Shown: positions 22,682-35,562 of the stretch, piece after piece | Numbering within the stretch: the stretch's first letter is position 1 | Layout: the number at the start of each line of letters is the position of its first letter | NCBI RefSeq assembly: GCF_006345805.1 | Contig: NC_043002.1 | Span: 2,790,001-2,854,000 of the forward strand | Length of the DNA: 64,000 nucleotides | Reading direction: 5' to 3' | DNA from: Octopus sinensis | Lineage: Eukaryota | Translations under genes and position numbers: made by a program | Notes under the pieces: model-generated | Told to the model about the DNA's origin: nothing | Database searches by the model: none | The model's input: only the letters and a program-made list of their open reading frames with translations

Positions 22682-22773
<92 letters not shown>

Positions 22774-22799
22774 ATAGGCGCAGGTGTGGCTGTGTGGTA

Positions 22800-22852
<53 letters not shown>

Positions 22853-23199
22853 CATACATACATACATACATACATACACTAGGTTTGGGCTGAAATATGT
22901 CATTAACAAGAACAGCATCGGCAATAATTTGCCACTAATTTTAGTTAATTTGAATAAAGTCAAGAAACATTGCTTTGGTTGGGGACTTTAAAATGAATAA
23001 AATAATAAAAGTATCCAAAAAAAATAATAAAGTAAAATGGATGAGAGAGAGAAGGGATTCTTGTGGCGATATATTTGGTTTAAAAGACGGAGTTTAACGA
23101 TCTTATGGAGAAGAAGAAGAAGAAGAAGAAGAAGAAGAAGAAGAAGAAGAAGAAGAAGAAGAAGAAGAAGAAGAAGAATGGTTTCTATTGTAGGCAGAA

Positions 23200-23385
23200 G
23201 AACTGAATTGTGGAGAAGGGGACTGAATCAATGCCATCGACCCCAGTACTCCACTGGTACTTATGCTATTGACTCTAATAGGACGAAACGCAAAGTCCAC
23301 CGCAGCGGATTTTGAACTCAGAGACGGATAAAAGGACACGAAGCATTTTGTCCGGAGTGCTAATGATTCTGCCAGTTCGCTTACT
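23200..23385 (-). mobile_element. SINE family S2, degraded partial
   Basis: CGACCCCAGTAC..GCGGATTTTGAACTCAGA. Confidence 0.7.
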
Positions 23386-23446
23386 TCTGCTTACTTCTGC
23401 TCGTGATCAAAGATGCACATATCGTCAGCCACTAAAGGACATGTAT

Positions 23447-23512
23447 TAACTGCTTGGATTTTATTTCACCCAGTCAGTTTTGAGCGCAGCACCAACCTCA
23501 GTCTTCGGAAAC
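23447..23512 (-). mobile_element. Tiny R4-like fragment
   Basis: AACTGCTTGGATTTTATTTCACCCAGTCAGTTTTGAGCGCAGCACCAACCTCAGTCTTCGGAA nearly matches ~14931-14990. Confidence 0.55.
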
Positions 23513-24964
23513 ATTTGTTATTGTTATCATCATCATCATCATCGTTATTATTTCTGAATCTCAAGAAACCAAATGTCTAATTTCTAAACTTTGAATTCTT
23601 TCACCGATCGGAGATTCATCTTCCCGAGATTTGCTGCTTGCCGATATCAGTCGACAGAATTGTTGCTAATTACAGCCCTCAGCTATTCCATTCTTGACTG
23701 CAATTTATAACGACGCGTTAGGCAGTTTAAAAGATATTTTAAATTCTCAAGCCAAAGATAGTTTGCCCTTGTTTCGTTTTTTCCCGGAAAATCTCAATTA
23801 TTCTCTTCACAAATCTGTTAAGCATCAGTAAGATGACGAAGTCTAATAAGATGAAAACATGTCTGAAATTCTCTCATTACCTCGTATCAGACTTCTCCTC
23901 AATTGCATCCGTCTTTCAACGTTTAATCAATTGGAATGTCAGAGTTGTCTCCCATGCTTTCCCTGAAAAGAATTATTATTAACGCTAATGGTTTTTCACT
24001 TCCTTCAATGTGAGATTATAATTGATTACATTACATTGCTCATCCAAAACACACATTTAATTATGTTTGCGGCGAAGATGGCAACAGCCTGGAGGGAGAT
24101 TCTCATGTCACGGTTTAAATGATAAAGTTTGTCAGCAATGGAATGGAGACAAATCAGAGACGGAATAGAAACAGCTGGGCTTCTACCAGTTTTACAACGA
24201 TTTGTTATCGATTTCATTCCCTTCTTTTGCCTTTTCATTCGTAATAATCATTTCTTTCTGAGTCCACAGACATTCAATTGTTGCAAAGAAAACGCGATAC
24301 GGCCGACAAAATCATTTCCATTAGATTATTGATAAATATAGCATCAAGCCCCACAGGGATTTCAGCTCGGAAACGAGATGAGCGTAAGTAAAGACCACAA
24401 TACATTCTAGTTCAATTCTCTCTTATTTCTGACAGTTCTCCACTCCTCGTAATTAAATGAACACAAATAGGATTTGATGGCTTTGTTTTGCCTCAAAGCA
24501 GCTTTCATGTGATCGCTCGACCTGCTAGAAATAACAGCAACATCTCTCTCAAATCACCTTAGTGCGTTAAATAAAGAAGGATACATTGCACAATCTAGTC
24601 CTTGATATACAAAATGAAGGGATGACCACAGCGGACACACTTAGAGTAACCCTGGCCATTTATACCTGGGGCTACACACTAACGGTGACTGCCCCACATT
24701 TAAGTCGGTTGTTTCTTTTGTGAGACGAACAGAAGCAGCGGCCATGGTTTTTGTTATAACCTGTTAGAGAGACGAGATAACAAAATCTGTACATCGATGA
24801 CGTCTGTAGGGATAAAATATAGGTTGGCGGGTATTACAGAGGGTGCAAGTGTAGGGGAGAAAGGACTGGGGGAAAGACGAAACGGAATAGAAGTGATGAG
24901 AGGAGGGAGAGTGGAGGTAGGGGGTTACTGGACTTATGTCGACAGCTATGGAATTTACCAGTTC

Positions 24965-25009
<45 letters not shown>

Positions 25010-25329
25010 TGTAGTATTGTAGAAAGGCATAGTGAAGAGGAGAGAGAGTGAGTGTATGCGTGTGCGTGTGCTTGTGTGTCTGTATGTGCATGTGTGAGTG
25101 TGTGTGTGTGTGTGCATGTGTGTGTGTGTGCGTGTGTGTTGTGCGAGCGTGCGTGCGTGTGTGTGTGAACCAGAGATTATAACATGGCGGCCAGTGAATC
25201 TCATACAATCAAGCAGATTATATAAAATATTTATTTCCCTGATGACAAAAACAAAAAGATATTGACATTTCTAGTAAATTGATACAAAGCATTGAATGAT
25301 ACCCAACATTATCATTTATTCATTTATTA

Positions 25330-25350
25330 TTATTATTGTTGTTGTTGTTG

Positions 25351-25406
<56 letters not shown>

Positions 25407-25414
25407 ATTATTAC

Positions 25415-25462
<48 letters not shown>

Positions 25463-25507
25463 TATTATTATTATTACATATTATTATTATTATTATTATT
25501 ATATTAC

Positions 25508-25539
<32 letters not shown>

Positions 25540-25634
25540 TTATTATTATATTTGTATTATTATTATTACTGTTATTATTATTATTATTATTATTATTGTT
25601 ATTGGTATTATTATTATTATTATTATTATTATTT

Positions 25635-25681
<47 letters not shown>

Positions 25682-25790
25682 TGTATTATTATTATTACTG
25701 TTATTATTATTATTATTATTGTTATTGGTATTATTGTTATTGTTATTATTGTTGTTGTTGATAATGTTATTATTATTATCATTACATTAA
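25330..25790. repeat. Long interrupted (TTA)n/(TAA)n microsatellite
   Basis: Directly visible, with repeated interruption blocks (ATTTGT..ACTGTT..GGT). Confidence 0.95.
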
Positions 25791-26113
25791 ATGATAGTAA
25801 AGAACATTATTATTATTATTACATTGGAGATGAAATGTATTTAATAAGCCAATGTTAGTTTTATTTAATAACGACATATTCGTTTTATGTTTATTCAACG
25901 ATCATCCAGTGAATTCTTTGTGTATGGGCAAGTTCCGAATTTGTATATCTATGTGTGCGTCTGTCTGTGTGGAGCGACCGAGCCTTACGAGATCTATGTA
26001 TGTATGTATGTATATGTAGACGTATATGTGTATATATTTATATATATACACATTTACGTGCGTGTATGCATGCATGTGTGTATGTATGTATGAGTGTATG
26101 TATGAGTGTATGT

Positions 26114-26158
<45 letters not shown>

Positions 26159-26458
26159 AAAGCGTCGCGAACAGCGATGAACTTCGACTAACAAACAACC
26201 GATCGATTGTTTAACCAGCACATTAAACAAACGATCGAATAGTTAGGTTAGATATTTAAGCAATTGACTAACAAAACAAGTAGAATTGAACCTGTGAGTG
26301 TGTTATTATTATTATTGGCGTAATGACCCTCCCATGACAGAACAAAATATAACACGCACACACACACACATATATATATAAAACATATATATGTATATAT
26401 ATATATATATATATGTATGCAGATATAGATATATATATATGTATTATGTATGCATGTA

Positions 26459-26494
<36 letters not shown>

Positions 26495-26498
<4 letters not shown>

Positions 26499-26706
26499 TA
26501 TGTGACCTCGTCTGTATCACTAGCGATTTTTTCCCCTGTCTTCCCTCCTCGGGATCTTTCCTTCTCCTATGTTTCCGACGAAGAGCTCCGCTCGAAACGT
26601 CAAACCCTCCTTCTTCCTTCTTCCTTCTTTCCTGAGCGTCCAATAATACTTTATTGTTCCACGTCCTTGCGTTGTGTTTTTTGTTTTTGTTTTCTTGTTT
26701 GGATTA

Positions 26707-26711
<5 letters not shown>
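26495..26711 (+). mobile_element. PLE-derived (TA)n-flanked element, family C
   Basis: ~215 bp of non-simple sequence between (TA)n tracts, containing a minimal hammerhead. Confidence 0.72.
26571..26605 (+). ncRNA. Minimal type I hammerhead motif, family C (U4C core)
   Basis: GTTT-CCGACGA-A-GAGC(TCC)GCTC-GAAA-CG-TC-AAAC: palindromic ACGT stem III, GUC triplet (predicted cut after 26601). Confidence 0.78.
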
Positions 26712-26763
<52 letters not shown>

Positions 26764-27178
26764 TTCTATTGAATTTTTTGCTACCCTATATTGATGATTT
26801 CTGACTAATTCTGAATTGAATCAGCAGTTTATATTTACTGCTGATAAGTTGGCGCGAGTACGATAGTTTTGAAAATTTTAGGGCAGATATTCCTAGGGCA
26901 TAGATACAGCTGCCTCGAGTATATCTGTCCCTCCTTGGCTTCTTTACCGATGAGGTGTAGCCTTTGGTGGATTGACTTAGTTTAATTTAATTTAATTAAG
27001 CTAGTTTGCCATTAAAAACATCGAAACAATGCATTGTCTAAAGATGAATTAGGGTAAATGTTTTTAAATTTTCCTTTAATTTCTGAATTACTACTACTTG
27101 GCGGTTTGAGTCCTGGCTGCTCGTTCTAGTGGGTCGAATGGCCTATTAAGGCCATTCCTCAATAATTTGGTTTGTTGA

Positions 27179-27236
<58 letters not shown>

Positions 27237-27243
27237 ATATATC

Positions 27244-27300
<57 letters not shown>

Positions 27301-27314
27301 ATATATATATATTA

Positions 27315-27597
27315 TGGCCCAGTGGTTAGGGGGCACCGACTTGCGGTCATAGGATCGCGGTTTCGATTCCCAGACCAGGCATTGTGAGTGTTTATTGAGC
27401 GAAAACACCTACAGCTCCGGCAGAGGGGTGGCGATCCCTGCTGTACTCTTTCGCCACAACTTTCTCTCACTCTTTCTTCTGTTGGCCTGCTCGCTTAGCC
27501 AGCGGGGTGGCATCATTTGAAGGCTAAAACAATGCAAAGTGCATTGTGACCAGCGATGTATAACAACATCTGATTGCCTGGTCGGTCACGGTGATAT
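27315..27597 (+). mobile_element. tRNA-derived SINE (S3-related, distinct tail)
   Basis: GGCCCAGTGGTTAGGG..GGTTTCGATTCCC head. The tail is shared with 53516-53630. Confidence 0.8.
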
Positions 27598-27622
27598 ATA
27601 TATATATATATATATGTGTGTG

Positions 27623-27660
<38 letters not shown>

Positions 27661-27714
27661 TCATTTATTTATATGGGTGTGTATCTGTGTGTTGTTTTCG
27701 CGTTTCTATTGGTC

Positions 27715-27835
27715 CCTGAGGGCTTGAATGGTAAAATTGACCTCGGAGAGATTTGAACTCAGAATGTGAAGTGCCTGGACGAATACCGCAAGGTATTTCC
27801 AACGCTCTCACAATTCTGCTAGATTGCTGCCATAC
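27715..27835 (-). mobile_element. SINE family S2, partial
   Basis: TTGACCTCGG..ATTTGAACTCAGAA. Confidence 0.65.
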
Positions 27836-27845
27836 AATAATAATA

Positions 27846-27882
<37 letters not shown>

Positions 27883-27979
27883 CTAGATTGAATAATTTCA
27901 TTAAACTACAATTAAACTAATTACCCCCTTTCTTTCAATTGCAATTTAAAAACTACTTCCCAGTTATCATTATTATTAT

Positions 27980-28011
<32 letters not shown>

Positions 28012-28125
28012 TTACTACTACTTTGTGATTTTATATTTTCTTCCTTCCTTCTAATCATCCTTTTAATCTCTCTCTCACACTCTCTCTCTCACTCACTCTC
28101 TCTATCTCTCCTTCCCTCAGTATAT

Positions 28126-28215
<90 letters not shown>

Positions 28216-28788
28216 AGATTTCATCGCTTAAGTGTGCAGACATTTCTAAACGAGAAAACGTTGGAACCGGTCCCTTCTCATGAATATAAAGTATTTTCAT
28301 AACGCTGAAACGAAATCTCTTTTGTGTGTGCGCACTCATGTGTGTGTTTGGGCGTGTACGTGTGCGGACGTGTGTGTACGTGTATCCTCGTCCCGTGTGC
28401 GAGTGTTCATGGGCGTGGTTGAGTGAGTGTATATTTGTACATAGATGTGTGTTAATAAATTTATTTGTAGCATTGGCGAAGATAACATGTTTTAAAAGTA
28501 TTGACCTATTTTAACACAGCAATGAAATATATGGCAAAAAATGTTTATATATATATATAAATCTCGTGCGAGCGTGACAGTAATGTTTAGATTCTTGCAG
28601 CTCCTCTGCTTTTTCCTCATAACTACAGCAATCCCATACATCAATTCGACCTGCCTTCACCGCCCACCCCCCACCACCACTATGCGGAGTTCTGAAAAAG
28701 AATTATGTCATTGCAACTTTTCCACTAAGGTGGATATCATTTGGAACATATTCCATTTCTCACCTGTATACATATACAGGTATATATG

Positions 28789-28822
<34 letters not shown>

Positions 28823-28855
28823 TATGGATAAAGGTGAGAAATGGAATATGTTCAG

Positions 28856-28889
<34 letters not shown>

Positions 28890-29312
28890 TCTTTTACTCT
28901 TTTACTCTTTTACTTGTTTCAGTCATTGACTGCGGCCATGCTGGAGCACCGCCTTTATCGAGCAACTCGACCCGGACTTATTATTTATAAACCCACTTAT
29001 TCTACTTATTCTATCGGTCTCTTTTGCCAAACCGCTAAGTGACGGGGACGTAAACACACCAGCATCGGTTGTCAAGCAATGCTAGAGGGACAAACACTGA
29101 CACACACAAACACACACACACACACACGCACACGTATATATATATACATATATACGACGGGCTTCTTTCAGTTTCCGTCTACCAAATCCACTCACAAGGC
29201 ATTGGTCGGTCCGAGGCTATAGTAGAAGACACTTGCCCAAGGTGCCACGCAGTGGGACTGAACCCGGAACCATGTGGTTGGTAAACAAGCTACTTACCAC
29301 ACAGCCACTCCT
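28890..29312 (-). mobile_element. SINE family S1, full length
   Basis: Reverse complement of the 16702-17098 family. Confidence 0.9.
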
Positions 29313-30007
29313 GATATACACACACACACACACACAATTATAACGATAATCTTGTCTTCCTACATATGATACGCTCCTCGATATTTGAAACTTATTCTTT
29401 TCTGCTTATATTCCAACTTAGAACTGAACCTGTACATATTACAATTAATGCGCTTTTTAATTATTATTTTAATAAATCCGCTTCCTATTATTTTAATTAC
29501 ATTCGAGATTTTCCATAATGACTCCACTAATTAGAGAAAAGTGTTTTCGCGAAGAAAACGAATTAAATGAAGATTGGTGTTTTTACTGAAAATGTTGTTA
29601 TGTCGACTTGTATCATCCGTCACGATGAATATGGTCTGGTTTTACTGCTGTGTATTTGATTGACTGCGAAAGGGCGAAAGAGTGAGGAACGTAAGTTAAT
29701 ATTGTTAATGTCAAATATTCTGTAGAAGCGGTTTGTTGTTGCAGGTGCAGATTCCATCAAGTCATAAAAACACACACCGTGAGAGACGTTTTTCGATCGA
29801 TGGTGTGTGACGACTTCAAGCGGTGCAACCAGCAATGTGCACTTCTGACTGTGAAGTGACGTCAGGAGGAGGAGGAGGAGGAGAGCTTCTGAAGGTGAAG
29901 GTGAAGACGGCTTAGAATAGAAACGGAACTGCCAAAAGAAAATGTCAATAGGAGCAATGCGACTGTGAACTTAACATTGAAAAAACACTGCCGAATCTCA
30001 TATAAAT

Positions 30008-30043
<36 letters not shown>

Positions 30044-30269
30044 GTGTGTGTGTGTGTGTGCGTGTGCGTGTGTGTGTGTGTGTTTCTCTTTCTCTCAGTT
30101 TGATTCGGTAATTATGTACGATCGCTTTGAATATAATATATTCAGACTGTTGAAGTTTGGTTAATATATCTGCTGAGGCCAACATAGGTTGTGTATTAAA
30201 CTTATTCCACTTTCTAAATACAAAGATTCTTCTAAATACAAAATGTAACGCCGCCCTCTTAGCACAATG

Positions 30270-30787
30270 AACTCTCCGTTCAGAATGAGGCTTCACTATT
30301 AACTCTCCGTTCAGAATGAGGCTTCACTATTAACTCTCCGTTCAGAATGAGGCTTCACTATTAACTCTCCGTTCAGAATGAGGCTTCACTATTAACTCTC
30401 CGTTCAGAATGAGGCTTCACTATTAACTCTCCGTTCAGAATGAGGCTTCACTATTAACTCTTAGTTCAGAATGACGCTTCACTATTAACTCTTCGTTCAG
30501 AATGAGGCTTCACTATTAACTCTTAGTTCAGAATGAGGCTTCACTATTAACTCTTAGTTCAGAATGAGGCTTCACTATTAACTCTTCGTTCAGAATGAGG
30601 CTTCACTATTAACTCTTCGTTCAGAATGAGGCTTCACCATTAACTCTTAGTTCAGAATGAGGCTTCACTATTAACTCTTCGTTCAGAATGAGGCTTCACT
30701 ATTAACTCTCTGTTCAGAATGAGGCTTCACTATTAACTCTTCGTTCAGAATGAGGCTTCACTATTAACTCTCTGTTCAGAATGAGGC
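30270..30787. repeat. 31-bp minisatellite, 16 full units plus a 22-bp partial unit
   Basis: Unit AACTCTCCGTTCAGAATGAGGCTTCACTATT, exact 31-bp period, no spacers. Confidence 0.97.
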
Positions 30788-31764
30788 GACACTGTTTTCC
30801 ACTCGTTAGAATTTTTTTCCCTTTTTTGCGTCCTTCGTATATCTCTCCTTTGTTGCCGAAAAGTAAAGGGTTTATCTTTAAATACGATGTCGAAGGTTTA
30901 ACTGAGACCGGGTTCAAACTGTCGCCCTCTGCTTTATATTCGGCCATAAATTATTCCTTTTACCACGAAAAGAAACACAGCAACCTATTTGACTCAACAA
31001 TATCAAAAGGAAATACTTTGCCAAGCTTTTGAGTGCGACTTTGTTTGTGTGTGTGTGTGTGTGTGTGTGTTCTGTTTCTATGTATATATATAATATATAT
31101 ATATCCGTCTCATGTATATTTATATATTTATCGCTTTAGTACTGAAACTTGTAAAAGAATAAAAGAATAAAAGAATATACATATATCATATATGTGTATG
31201 TGTGTATGAGTTCGTGTGTGGGGGGGGGTGTATAAGAAAAAGGAGGCAGTCAGAATTTTGAGTTGTTGTTTATTAGCGCCTTCGTTCCGTTCGTGGGGGA
31301 CTCTTCAGATAAGTTTTACAGAAAATTTATTTGCCTTTTTATGTATAAAAGGCAAAGGGGATTTTTTTAATAGAAAAACTGAAGGAAGGGAGGAGGGGAG
31401 AAGAGGGAGGAAAACAGAGAAGACTAAAAGGGGAAAAAAAAGAAAGAATGTAGGATGGTCTTTGACTAACAGGTCTTTGACACTAAATGACGTTTGAAGG
31501 TGTCAATTTTGTGTTTTGACGAATGGGAGAAAGAGAGAAAGACAGGAAGAAGAATAGGAAAGAAAGAGAAAGAAAAGAGAAAAGAAAAATGAAAAGGAAG
31601 GAAGGACAGGAAGGAAAAGGCTTCTTTTCAATTGTATCGATGTGTTGAGTCTGTTGACGTTGAATTACGATTCAAAATGTCGTTCTTGATTCAGTCGTTG
31701 TTTTTGAAAGAATCCCTTTCTATCTCCCTCTTCTTCTTCTGTTATATACATATTCTTTTCTATT

Positions 31765-32150
31765 CTAGGCACAAGGCTCGAAATTTGGGGGGAGGGGGTC
31801 AGTCGAGTAGATCGACCCCAATATGCAACTGGTACTTAATTTATCTATCCTGAAAGGATGAAAGGCAAAATCGACCTCGGCGGAATTTGAACTCAGAACA
31901 TAAAGACAGACGAAATACCTATTTCTTTACTACCCACAAGGGGCTAAACATAGAGTAGACAAACAAGGACAGACAGACGGATTAAGTCGATTATATCGAC
32001 CCCAGTGCGTAACTGGTACATATTTAATCGACTCCGAAAGGATGAAAGGCAAAGTCGACCTCAGCGGAATTTGAACTCAGAACGTAGCGGCAGACGAAAT
32101 ACCGCTAAGTATTTCGCCCGGCGTGCTAACATGTCTGCCAGCTCGCTGCC
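31765..32150 (-). mobile_element. Dimeric SINE family S2, full length
   Basis: Two internal copies of the GTCGACCTCGGCGGAATTTGAACTCAGAA core. Confidence 0.88.
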
Positions 32151-32604
32151 TTCTGTTATATACATATTAACATGTTTGTAAATCTACACACTACATATCA
32201 GTGTTGTAAGTTAAGGATCGAAGAAGCGGTTCTTAAGTAAGCACACTCACGATTGTATTGTATATTCTCATTGGCGAACAGAGAATCAAAAGCGAGAATT
32301 GAACTTAGCAGTCGGAGTGTTTTCCTTTGCTTCTGCGCCAGTTAAAGCGGTTCAACGCCAACCCAAATAGTTCTTGAATTGGGAGTCATCTACAAACCGT
32401 CAAGTGTGGAAATACATCCACTGACCAAATCGGCGTCATGGGAGTTAGAAAAAGAATTTCTTAAGAATGATTCTCCGACAAGTGACCAAGAATACACAAC
32501 CACGAAAGTTACACAGTTCTATCGCAACAAAACATTGGATGAAAAGGTTTTCAATTTGACAGGAAGTCAAGCATATCAATGTTGTTCAATATGGTGGTGC
32601 CATA

Positions 32605-32990
32605 AGAAACGTTAGCACACCGGGCGAAATGCTTAGTGGTATTTCGCCTGTGTTACGTTGTGAGTTCGAATTCCGCCGAGGTCGACTTTGCCTTTCATCC
32701 TTTCGGGGTCGATAAATTAAGTACCAGCTATGCACTGGGGTCGATGTAATCGACTTAATACCTATGTCTGTCCTTGTTTGTTCCCTCTGTGTTTAGCCCC
32801 TTGTGGGTAATAAAGAAATAGGTATTTTGCTTGTCTTTACGTTCTGAGTTCAAATTCCGCCGAGGTCGACTTTGCCTTTCATCTTTTCGGGGTCGATAAA
32901 TTAAGTACCAGTAGCGTACTGGGGTCGATCTAATCGACTGGGCCCCTGCTCCAAAAAGTTCGGGCCTTGTGCCTAAAGTAGAAAAGAATA
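32605..32990 (+). mobile_element. Dimeric SINE family S2, full length
   Basis: Two internal copies of the GAGTTC(A/G)AATTCCGCCGAGGTCGACTTTGCCTTTCATC core. Confidence 0.9.
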
Positions 32991-34083
32991 TGTTGGTGTC
33001 AGAGATAACCGAGTTCTTGCTTTGAAGGCCAAGAATTAATAACCCAACGTTTGATATAGAAAATGGTTAGGGATGCAGACCCAAGCATCTTCTCAGGTGA
33101 GCTCGGTACAGAAAAACTCCAAACAAACACCGCCAATAGATTTTCTCCCACGTTCTACCAATTCTACCAATCCAGCGTCTATAGATTTCTTTCTACGACT
33201 CCTTCACTTGATAAATGATCTTCCTTTCGCTGTTGTCTACGAGATTAATTTGCTTTTTCATCTCTTCGCGTAGAACCAATTATTTATAGCTCAAAATAAA
33301 ACATAGGGTGAAAGTTCGAATCCAATTAAAGTATAGTGTTTTGCGTTGTATATAAAGTTACACCCTTGCTTCACATTAAACAATAAATAATGACTTCAAC
33401 CTAGAAAAGATGAACAATGATTAAAATATTTCGCTAACGAATGGGAAAAGAAAGACGATACGAGATGTGAGTGAAAGAAATAAAAGTGTTATATTAATGA
33501 CAAGGAAAGTTAGACATCATTCTGATGAAGCGTTCATTACACGCTGGTGTAGATCTGAGTGGCAGAAACAACATGTTTCTGAAAACTACGTATTAATGCC
33601 GTTGTGTATCTTATTTCTATGAAACTAGCGTTCAGGTCTCAGTCTTTCTCTTTCGCTCTCCATTTCACCTAATTAATCGCTCTGAACTTGATATTTGTCA
33701 TTTTTATACAGCAAACTCACCATTTCGTTTAGTATGATGCTAGCTTTCTCCCTATCATGCAGAGCAATTTATTCACACGCATACATTTACATAAATCTGC
33801 CTACGTACATAGACGTGTGTGTGTGTGTGTGTGTGCGAGTATGTGTGCGAGTGTGTGTGCGAGTCTGTGTGCGTGTGTTTATACAAGTGTGTGTTTGTGC
33901 GAGTGTGTGTATGTGTATGTGTGTATGTGTGTGTGTGTTGTCTAAAATTTAACGCAAAACTACATTTCGGTTCTAAACGTATATCCTCATTAAGGCAGAT
34001 ATACATTACACACACATATATCTTTATATACATATGTGTGTGTGTGTGCGCGCGCGCGTGTGTGTACATACATATATAGTGGA

Positions 34084-34330
34084 GGCGCGTGGCTTAGTGG
34101 TTAGGGTGTCAGCATCATGATCATAAGATTGTGGTTTCGATTCCTGGACCGGGCGACGCGTTGTGTTCTTGAGCAAAACACTTCATTTCACGTTGCTCCA
34201 GTCCACTCAGGTGGCAAAAATGAGTAACGCTGCGATGGACTGGCGTCCCGTCCAGCTGGGGGACACATACGCCATTGAAACCGGGAAACCGGGCCCATGA
34301 GCCTGGCTAGGCTTTAAAAGGGCCCATTTA
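34084..34330 (+). mobile_element. tRNA-derived SINE family S3
   Basis: GGCGCGTGGCTTAGTGGTTAGGG..GGTTTCGATTCC head and a central domain like 18286-18603. Confidence 0.85.
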
Positions 34331-34352
34331 TTTATTTTATTTACATACATGC

Positions 34353-34395
<43 letters not shown>

Positions 34396-34443
34396 ATACA
34401 CCACACACACACACACACACATATATATTATATATATATAATA

Positions 34444-34506
<63 letters not shown>

Positions 34507-35176
34507 GTGTATATGTTAAAAAATTTGAGCGAGTCGTTTCACAAGTTTCACGGTTCCGCTTCGTCAGGCGGTTGGAGATGTCTTCCAGTAGTGTTCTCTT
34601 TACAGCTGGTATTCTCACACCCACTCATAAATCAATAAAGCTAATTTAGAATCAGATTACTCGGGCGATAAATCGATGAGTAAATGCATACAAATGAGTT
34701 GACAAACAAGATTATTATTCAAAAATGTATTTTAAAAAATAATATTTAAAAAGAGTTATATAAGGAAGAGTCAAAGTTTGATTCAAAAGAAACCTTTCTG
34801 GCGACTAATTGATCATCGGGTGGGGGGGGGAGAAGGATCAAAATTATGATAGCACCATTAATGGTGTAAATATGTTGGAGTATTATTCTAAAGAAGAGCC
34901 AAATATGTGGCAAAGAATGGTAAGGGTGAAGAATTTCTGTTGGGGTGGGGTTTGTTTAAGAAGGAATCTGGAGACAATATTCCTGAAAAGTGTGTTAAGA
35001 TGATTTCAGGGTTGATAAAAACTGACAGTATTGTGTTGAGAAAACGATAAATTAAATTGCATGGGGCGAGGGTGGGGTGGATCTACCCAGTTACATTGGA
35101 ATGGGACTGTTACAAGGGGTATCCATATGTATGTGGGAGAGTATTCATGCATACACATACACGCATACACACACAC

Positions 35177-35229
<53 letters not shown>

Positions 35230-35449
35230 TACGTACATATTGAATTTTTGCATACATAGGCACATAAATTCGCATATATACATGCATATTTACACGTACA
35301 TACATCTACACACACATACACTTCTATAAACATGAACACAGACATTTATATACATGTATGTATATATACAATTGCAGCGTGGAAGGTGTTTATAAGCCAT
35401 TTAAGAAACACACAAAAGCCGTTCGATTCACTCCAACATTTAAGTTTAA

Positions 35450-35499
35450 TTTATCAAAATATTTTCGTCGCTAAAATCCGCGACCTGTTCACTGACAAA
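35450..35499 (-). ncRNA. Hammerhead variant family B (G3-C8)
   Basis: Same as 21355-21404 except one stem I position becomes a G-U wobble. Confidence 0.68.
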
Positions 35500-35513
35500 G
35501 TCCGTGCACGGAC

Positions 35514-35562
35514 TTTGTCAGTGAACAAGTCGCGGATTTTAGCGACGAAAATATTTGACAAA
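35514..35562 (+). ncRNA. Hammerhead variant family B, 1-nt deletion at the cleavage site
   Basis: TTTGTCA-GTGAACA-A-GTCGC..GCGAC-GAAAATATT-TGACAAA, one T fewer; probably inactive. Confidence 0.55.

Noticed and set aside
30270-30787. CRISPR-like array (31-bp repeats)
   Set aside because: The repeats are contiguous with no spacers, no cas genes are present, and the context is eukaryotic.
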